Source of the DNA: Eledone cirrhosa | Taxonomy: Eukaryota | Assembly: GCA_964016885.1 (NCBI GenBank) | Contig: OZ024741.1 | Span: forward strand, 170,934,001-170,998,000 | Direction: 5' to 3' | Length of the DNA stretch: 64,000 nt | The notes under the pieces: generated by a model | The model's database searches: none | Seen by the model: only the letters and a program-made list of their open reading frames with translations | What the model was told of the DNA's origin: nothing | Translations under genes and position numbers: made by a program | Part shown: positions 57,081-64,000 of the stretch, in pieces | Numbering within the stretch: the stretch's first letter is position 1 | How the letters are laid out: every line of letters begins with the position of its first letter

Positions 57081-57678
57081 TGGCTGCCAACTCGTTTTCG
57101 AGTACGGCCACTACTTTATATCCATGTAGGAGAACCCCTACCGATGCGCTAAACAAGTGTGACTTTTAGTCCAGCCAGCGACTTGAAAACTCTGGTACAA
57201 ACACTACACCTGTGACAATTATTGACACATAGTGTTGGGCCTTTGGTACCATGTGACGACAAGTGTAGAGAGATCTCCAGATATAAAGCAATGCCTGTGC
57301 CGTGAAGCTTTTATAGTGAGCAAAGGCACTGCACAAAGCCAGTCCCACTCTCTTAACCAAGATGATATTTACCAAAAAGAAGAATAAGTCAACATCATTG
57401 GATACCATCAGGGTTGCAGGTGTTATATCAGAGTTTTCCTTCTCTTAGAATTCTGCCTTGACAAAGGCTAAGGGGTCATCTCTCCCGGTAATTTTGGATG
57501 GCCATTGACTCTTAAGAGCTCCTTTGCCAGGTTTTGTTTTTAGTCCTGCCGGATGTCCAAAGTCACCCTCCTCACCAAGAAACCTTGGTGGGGTTGCCAG
57601 TTTAGTCGCCAACGACCCGACCATGGGACAGGTTGTACTGGGATACATGTTACCAGTAGCACCAACTGGTGACCTGAC
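57077..57678 (-). mobile_element. ~600-bp non-autonomous bipartite RTE derivative in (TA)n
   Basis: Closely similar to 7991-8407 and extends ~190 bp further 5'. Has an RTE-like 5'UTR head, a terminal zinc-finger remnant and the RTE 3' end. Confidence 0.82.
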
Positions 57679-58280
57679 ATATATGTATACATATATATAT
57701 ATATATACACACATATATATATACATACACACATTATAGTTATATATACATACACACATTATAGTTATAAGGTTGGTAATTTAAAACTCTGCCTCAGAGA
57801 TTTGATTCGGACTTAGTTTTTTTCTATTTAATTGCTAAACCTGTAGATATTGTTCTCTATGCAGTAACGGTAAAAATCACTTGTAATAATTCTTTACACA
57901 CATCTCACTGTGTAACACACTTCTCTTTGGGTAATATATTTATATTTGTATTTGAGCTGAGAAGAAAATTCTCTATTCCTCTTTGAGCTAATATTATTAT
58001 TATTCCTGTGAACTTCGGAATACTTTTAATTCCAATCCCCGTATACTATATATATATATATATCTTTAAGTCGTTTGGAAGCCTCGACAATGCAAATGGG
58101 TAAATCTCCGGGTAACAAAATCCGGTGGTGGAGAGTGATGTAAGTGGGTGTACGTTGAGATGCGTGGTGTGTAAAGATGTGTAAATGTGTAGAAGAAAGA
58201 AGGGAAGAGTATAAAGGATAAAATAAAATAACACAAGAGAGAGTTACCTTGGGAGAGATTTTATATTTATATATATATAT

Positions 58281-59150
58281 AAGTGGAAGCTTAGGAAAAT
58301 CAAAATTTGGCTGTGGCCAAGCAAAGTCTACCTACAATAAGGAATGAGTAGCAACGCACTCAATCAGGGTAGGTGCTTAGAGTAATAACATACGTTTAAA
58401 TAGCTTGACAAATTGAAAATTGCGGCAGGCAAAACCCAACCATACAATACCAAAGTAACGAAAGAACTAATCAGGTTAAAAACAGACCAGGACAGATCGG
58501 ACGATATTCTGCAATACGTCCGATATGTTTCTATGAATTCGAAATCATCTATCCAACTTACGTAACACGTAAGTTTGTGGTATTCCATGATCGAACAGGG
58601 GATTCATTTCATCAACAGGCATCCCGTTCTATTGCCTTAAACTGGTGTGAACAAACTAAATACAACCGCCACAATAGACAGCCTTCAAACATTTCGTTGT
58701 CACGTGTTATTTCCAACAAGGGAAGCAACCCCCGGTTTTGGTGAGTAAATTCAAAGTGTTAAGAAAGAAAAAAATATTTCCGCTCAACATTCCGAATTAA
58801 AGCTATCAACTAGACGTTATTAAACAAACACAAATAATTAACCAATGAACAGAATTGTCTAATTAAATTAATTAGTAAATTATTAAGTCTAGGAGAAAAT
58901 AATACAAGTGGAAGCTTAGTAAAATCGAAGCTTTGGCAGTCGCCAAGCAAAGTCTATCTACAATAAGGAATGAGTTAGCAAAGCACTCAATGAGGGGAGG
59001 TCCTTAGAGTAATAACATACGTTTAAATAGCTTGACAAATTGAACATTGCGGTAGGCAAAACCCAACCATACTATACCTAACCAACGAAAGATGTAATCA
59101 GGTTAAAAATAGACCTGGACGGATCGAACGATATTCTGCAATACATCGTA
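58281..59150. repeat. Diverged direct repeat (~240 bp, period ~625 bp), possibly Helentron/DINE-like
   Basis: AAGTGGAAGCTTAG..TTGGC-N4-GCCAA hairpin..GATATTCTGCAATAC at 58281 and 58906. The family assignment is a guess. Confidence 0.6.
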
Positions 59151-59744
59151 TGTATATATATATATATATAAACTAGAAATAGATTGACATATATATATAA
59201 AATAAACATATGGAACGATCACAGGGAATCATTTGTAAAGAATGTAAGCACCCATAGCTAGGTAGCATTTGTGCGTTTGTATGTACGTGCGCGTGTGTTT
59301 ATGTGTGTGTGCGTGCGTGCAGCGTTCCACAGAAAGTAAAAACTATAAACATGTTTGAGTGTGTACGTGTGTGTACGTGCACGGGTGCGTGTGTAAGTTT
59401 GCGTGCGTGTGCGCGTTTCCATGCGTGTATGTGTGTGTACGTGCGGCGTTCCACAATCGCCACGCAGTTTTTCTGTCTGTGTGCTTGTCTGTCAGTCTAA
59501 CATACACAGAGTTGTGAATGAAGTAAATAGGGACTTTTTTTACATTGACAGATATCTTTTATATTTATTATTGTGTCATTTTTTGAGAATTGCTCGAAAT
59601 AACGAAGAATCTGGTATATCTGGAAGATTTGTTTTACTGTTTTTTGTATCGCACAGACACCACGGACTCGCCTCATACTGTAACCAGACAAACATCCAAT
59701 ACAATCATTTTCTCTTTTACCTGTCTTCTCTTATCATCTGTTTA

Positions 59745-59773
59745 CCCGGGCGAAGCTCGGTACGTCAGCTAGT
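59745..59773 (+). mobile_element. Helitron-like 3' terminus
   Basis: CCGGGC GAA GCTCGG TACGTCAG CTAG T: subterminal hairpin plus CTAG. Confidence 0.55.
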
Positions 59774-60604
59774 ACATATATATATATACGCGTTTTTATA
59801 GTGTAGTTACTGGACATTTTATAACCATAAATTGCTAAAGCTTAAAGTCATAATTCCGCATAAATATGACTCTTTCACAAACATAAAAGAACAAAAGCAA
59901 GCAGATTGACAACAATTATCAGTAAATATATCACGTCTGCCATTTTGCAGATTAATAATTTGAATTGTAGAATAAGTAGGAATTTGCCAAAACCTTACGG
60001 TAGCAAGTTATTCCCCTTTCTTTCTTCTCTTTATATCCTAACCTATTTGACATTTTCTTTCATACGTTTCGAGTCGATAAACTAGAGTATAATCTTAAAT
60101 ATTTCCATGGATTTAATCGACTATATTCTACCGCTATAACGTGCTAACATCTGCCTGCCAATATTAAAAATCAATGTATTCTATTGAAGTTAATCATACG
60201 ATATATTGTGCCACGATTGTTCGTAAAAAAATACAAAGGTACAGGTAATTTTACTTGCACTACTAACCTCCATGGGAAAAGTAAAAATAACGCATAGATC
60301 ATGTTCATCAATTTTTCTTTCAAATGCTAAAAACAAATGTCAGTAGCAAGTGTCTAGAGAACGTCTTCATGAAGAACAAACAGTTAGGTCATTCCATTAT
60401 TAATACTAGCTGAAAATCCGCCCTTCGGGCGGTTTTCTGCTAGCATGTGCAGTATACATATTGGTATTATACGCAAATATATGTGCATATAGATATATGT
60501 AAATTGAAAAGTAAATTGACAATATATTGTTCTTCAACCACTTATTTCTGAGGGTAGAATCTTTCTCAAACACTCCTTCCAGCGAGTCTGTAAGTATCAA
60601 CCAT

Positions 60605-61140
60605 CTCTAACTGATCCAGCTGGATCCCAAAGCATGACCAGCCAAGCTCATGGATGTTATCCAACTATCTTGCTCAGGGTCTACCTCTGGGTCTCTTGCC
60701 TGTTGGTTTTGCCTGTAAAATGTGTCCAGCGATTCTTTACTTGGACATTCTAACCACATGCTCATAATATCGGAGTTGTGATCTCTCAATTCGGAGAAGT
60801 AGCAGCTCTACCAGGAGTGACTCTCTGGTCTCTGCATTATGCACTTTATCGAGTAAAGTTACTCCAAAGACCCTTCGGAGGAATCCCATTTCTGCCACTT
60901 CTATTTGCAATTGTATTCTTTTGGTCATTACTCAAGATTCATGATCCTCGTTAAGAGTTGGCAGGAATACCAGGAAGACAGCAAGTTGGCTTTTACACCT
61001 ACCCCCTTCATCTGATTGCTGAGGCTTGCACTTAATTCAGTCTCCTGCATTTCATCACTCATGAACACCGCTCCAAGATACTTGAACCTCTCTAACTGCT
61101 TCAGTAGAACTCCATTCACATGTATATAAATTTGAGGGAC
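60605..61140 (-). pseudogene. Degenerate Rex3/Expander-like RTE LINE 3' fragment
   Basis: VNGVLLKQLERFKYLG and MTKRIQLQIEVAEMGFLRRVFGVTLLDKV..LLLRIERSQLRYYEHVVRM. Confidence 0.8.
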
Positions 61141-61304
61141 TTCTGTCCACCCGCCCATCATGCATTGTGTATGTGTGTGTAAAAGGAAGGAAAGGGGTAC
61201 ACACATATATGTCTCTAACTTAAAAACAGTGACACACACACGTGTCTCTAATTTAAGAACACCGACAAACTCACGCGCGCGCACATACACACACTGTCTT
61301 ATTA

Positions 61305-61998
61305 CCACGCAAGAGCTTTGGCCTGGACAAACATCCCCTCAATTTTGGAACCGTCTGGGATGTCCTGAATTGATGAGAAACTTGACGGTCTTACTCTGTG
61401 CTCCTGGTCAAGAGGCAGGTGCCTTACCTGGGAAGTCAGAGTTAGTGACTCTTTTGCTTCTTCCCACATCCTGGATCCAGCGGTAAGGGCGAGAGCTACA
61501 GCATCCGCAGCTGAACGGAACAAAATCATAAAATACCGTGTTCTGTCAACTAACTACATTATCGAGCCTGTGGAGTTCGAGACGTTTGGGGGAGTCGGGC
61601 TACTGACAGCGAGATTCTTATCTTCACTGGCGGCTCGCGAAACAGCGGTAACTGGTGATGCTCGTGAGGGCACTTGGTTGTTCCAGCACCTCAGCCTCGC
61701 CATCACCCCAGGTAACACTGCGAGTGTGTTGGCCTGTTTCAAAATTTATTAGAGAAGTTTCCCAGTGCTCCTCGCTATATTGCTATCTTTTGTTCTGGTA
61801 GCGGCTCGTTTTTGCACCCCTTTTGTCTGCATTTTGTTCTATGAGGTCTAAGATGTGGGTATTACGTGCTTGTGTATTTTTTCTCTTTCTTTTTTTCATT
61901 TCCCTTTCCTTTCTATATATTATATTTGTTAGTATGTTCGTTCTGTAACCATTACATTAATTGAGTTTTTAAAAAAAGAGTTAATAAATAAATAAAAC
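61305..61998 (+). mobile_element. 3' fragment of a CRE-clade (RLE) non-LTR retrotransposon
   Basis: RALAWTNIPSILEPSG..LDGLTLCSWSRGRCLTWEV..AAERNKIIKY..ETFGG..TGDAREGTWLFQHLSLAITPGNTASVL, then a T-rich UTR and AATAAA. Confidence 0.8.
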
Positions 61999-63638
61999 AT
62001 TATACTTGTTTTACCCTCACAACTCCAATTAAACCGAACGATATCATGACTGTATGTGTATGTTTATGTAAATGTATATGTGTGAATGTATGTATGTTTG
62101 TGTGAAAGTATGTGTGAATGTATGTAAGTTTGTGAGAAAGTATGTATGTTTGTGTGAAAGTATGTGTGAATGTATGTATATTTGTGTGAAAGTATGTGTT
62201 ATTGTGTTAATTATGTCCGTGAGACTGTATTTTATAAATTTGTGTTTGCGCGATTATAGTTATATACTCATTCATATAGATGTATGTATGTGCACAATCA
62301 TACGCGTCAGCGTGTAGAAAGTCATAATCTCTCTATCTCTCTCACCACACACTCTCTCTCTTTCTATATATATGGTAGTTGAAGTAGTGCTAGTGGCGAC
62401 GATATACCGGAAATGCAACTTTGAAAAGAAGTCAATTTGAAACTATTTATTTTTACTAAATTATTTTTGTATACGAAATTGAGTAGATAAATTATTTAAT
62501 ATTGATTCATTATTTATTCAAAGTAATCCAACTTATTTTACAAACGGGAAAAAAAATAAACCGTGCACAATCAGGTAGACCTTCCTTTATTATAGTTTAG
62601 ACATTCTTAATGTAATGACCTAAACAATTTCAACAACTTAAAAATACGCTCGAAGGAGAGAAAACGTAAATACGTTGAATGGGAAGCAAGTTCGAAATTT
62701 GGAATTGAATAAGAGTGTGGGTATCTTTTGAAAGTATGATGACAACACTAGACATATTTGGTTCTTATTACACTTCCTTATGAAGGAAATATATTACTTT
62801 TAACTTAGTCAACAATCTGTTCTAAAATATAGCATGTATATTGTTGTTGTTTTCATATTAATGCGTAAGATATAGAGCTGCGGGACCTATCATATTCACA
62901 TGAACTTCAAGACTGGCGACGTACGTGTAAGTCAAAATGAGTCGGAATTGTCACTTATTGAAAGGACATCCTCAGGAAATCATGAGACTGATGAGAGTCT
63001 TCACGTAACATTACATAATCTCTACGAAGTCGCTCGAACAAAAACAGACGCTCCTTTAGGACAACTTCGCTTTCACGCAAGCGTGAATTTGTTAGCAGTG
63101 GGAAGATCGTTACAGGCTGGTAAATCTACTTTTTTCAGTTAGAAGAGTCTAGATTAGCAAGATTATGCAAGTGTTAGACTGATATTCATAACCGACTGCA
63201 TAAAAAAAGAAAATTCATATGAGCCAGATCACTGTATAATATTCTTTATATAATGCGCACGTAGCATCTCTGTGACAAAAAAAGAAAATGTTTAAATATG
63301 TCTATCTATCGATCAATCGATCTATCTATCTACACACACACACGCATATAAATATATACATATAAATATATGTATATATATTCTAGAATTAGTTTGAAGC
63401 AGAATCAGTGTTATGGTTATAAATACTTCTTATGGTGGTGATTTTCATCTAACGACACTCACATCCTCAATTTGTTAACTTAGAAACTGTCAATTGTAAA
63501 GAAATATCAACATCGACCTAATACAATCTAACCGCATCGTTGATGAATACACGAATACACGAATACACGAAACTAGAGATCACACGGTTCTTGGAGAAAT
63601 ATCATTTTTTTTAATTAGCATTGTACACGCTCTGTTTT

Positions 63639-63825
63639 GGTGGTGGATTGGCAGTATCGGTAGAGGGTCGGACGCCATGGTTTGACGCTTAGAGTTACGG
63701 CCCTTGCCAATCTGAGTTCAAATCCCGCCGAGGTCAACTTTCCCTTTCATCCTTACGGGGTCGATAAAATAAAGTACCTGTAATGCATTGGGTAATTGCT
63801 GGCCTTGCGCCCAAAGTAGAAACAA
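63639..63825 (+). mobile_element. tRNA-derived SINE resembling octopus SINEs
   Basis: A box TGGCAGTATCGG, B box GAGTTCAAATCCC, central CTTTCATCCTTACGGGGTCGATAAAATAAAGTACC. Confidence 0.85.
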
Positions 63826-63912
63826 CTGTTTATCTACATCATGCGTCTGTGTTATGATACGGTCTACGAAACTTAAAGAGAGAAATATTCAGCACAACGT
63901 CACATCTACCAA

Positions 63913-63945
<33 letters not shown>

Positions 63946-64000
63946 AACGGAAAAAATGAAACGAAATTTCATTTCCCTCTCTTAGTACGGCTGTTACTTA

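Noticed and set aside
57585-57678. HDV-like or twister ribozyme at the mini-RTE 5' end
   Set aside because: Could not fit the canonical P3/L3/P1.1 topology or twister consensus by hand. Kept only as an unspecified structured head.
62900-63142. 80-aa non-repetitive ORF as a host exon
   Set aside because: No recognisable domain or convincing splice context.

Overview
Eukaryotic, AT-rich, microsatellite-saturated intergenic or intronic DNA with no recognisable host gene. The SINE and LINE content suggests a mollusc, probably an octopus (inference). Main contents: (1) an RTE/BovB-clade LINE with an intact 1181-aa ORF (APE, RT, three C2H2 fingers), whose (TATG)n tail is interrupted by a 5'-truncated R4/Dong-type LINE; (2) short bipartite derivatives of a related RTE; (3) two diverged Tx1/L1-clade LINEs head-to-tail in (ATCT)/(TC) repeats, sharing intron-like GT..AG signals and covarying UTR hairpins; (4) a ~16-kb CAC/CAA satellite with kb-scale higher-order duplication; (5) relics of Penelope-like, Tigger/pogo, Rex3/Expander-like, CRE, Helitron and tRNA-SINE elements. 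The most notable hidden layer is a set of type I hammerhead-ribozyme motifs from at least five unrelated small repeat families. They include a two-ribozyme, 593-nt retrozyme-like unit with a U3-A8 core and are repeatedly associated with fold-back inverted repeats. All calls were made by eye; no searches or folding programs were run.
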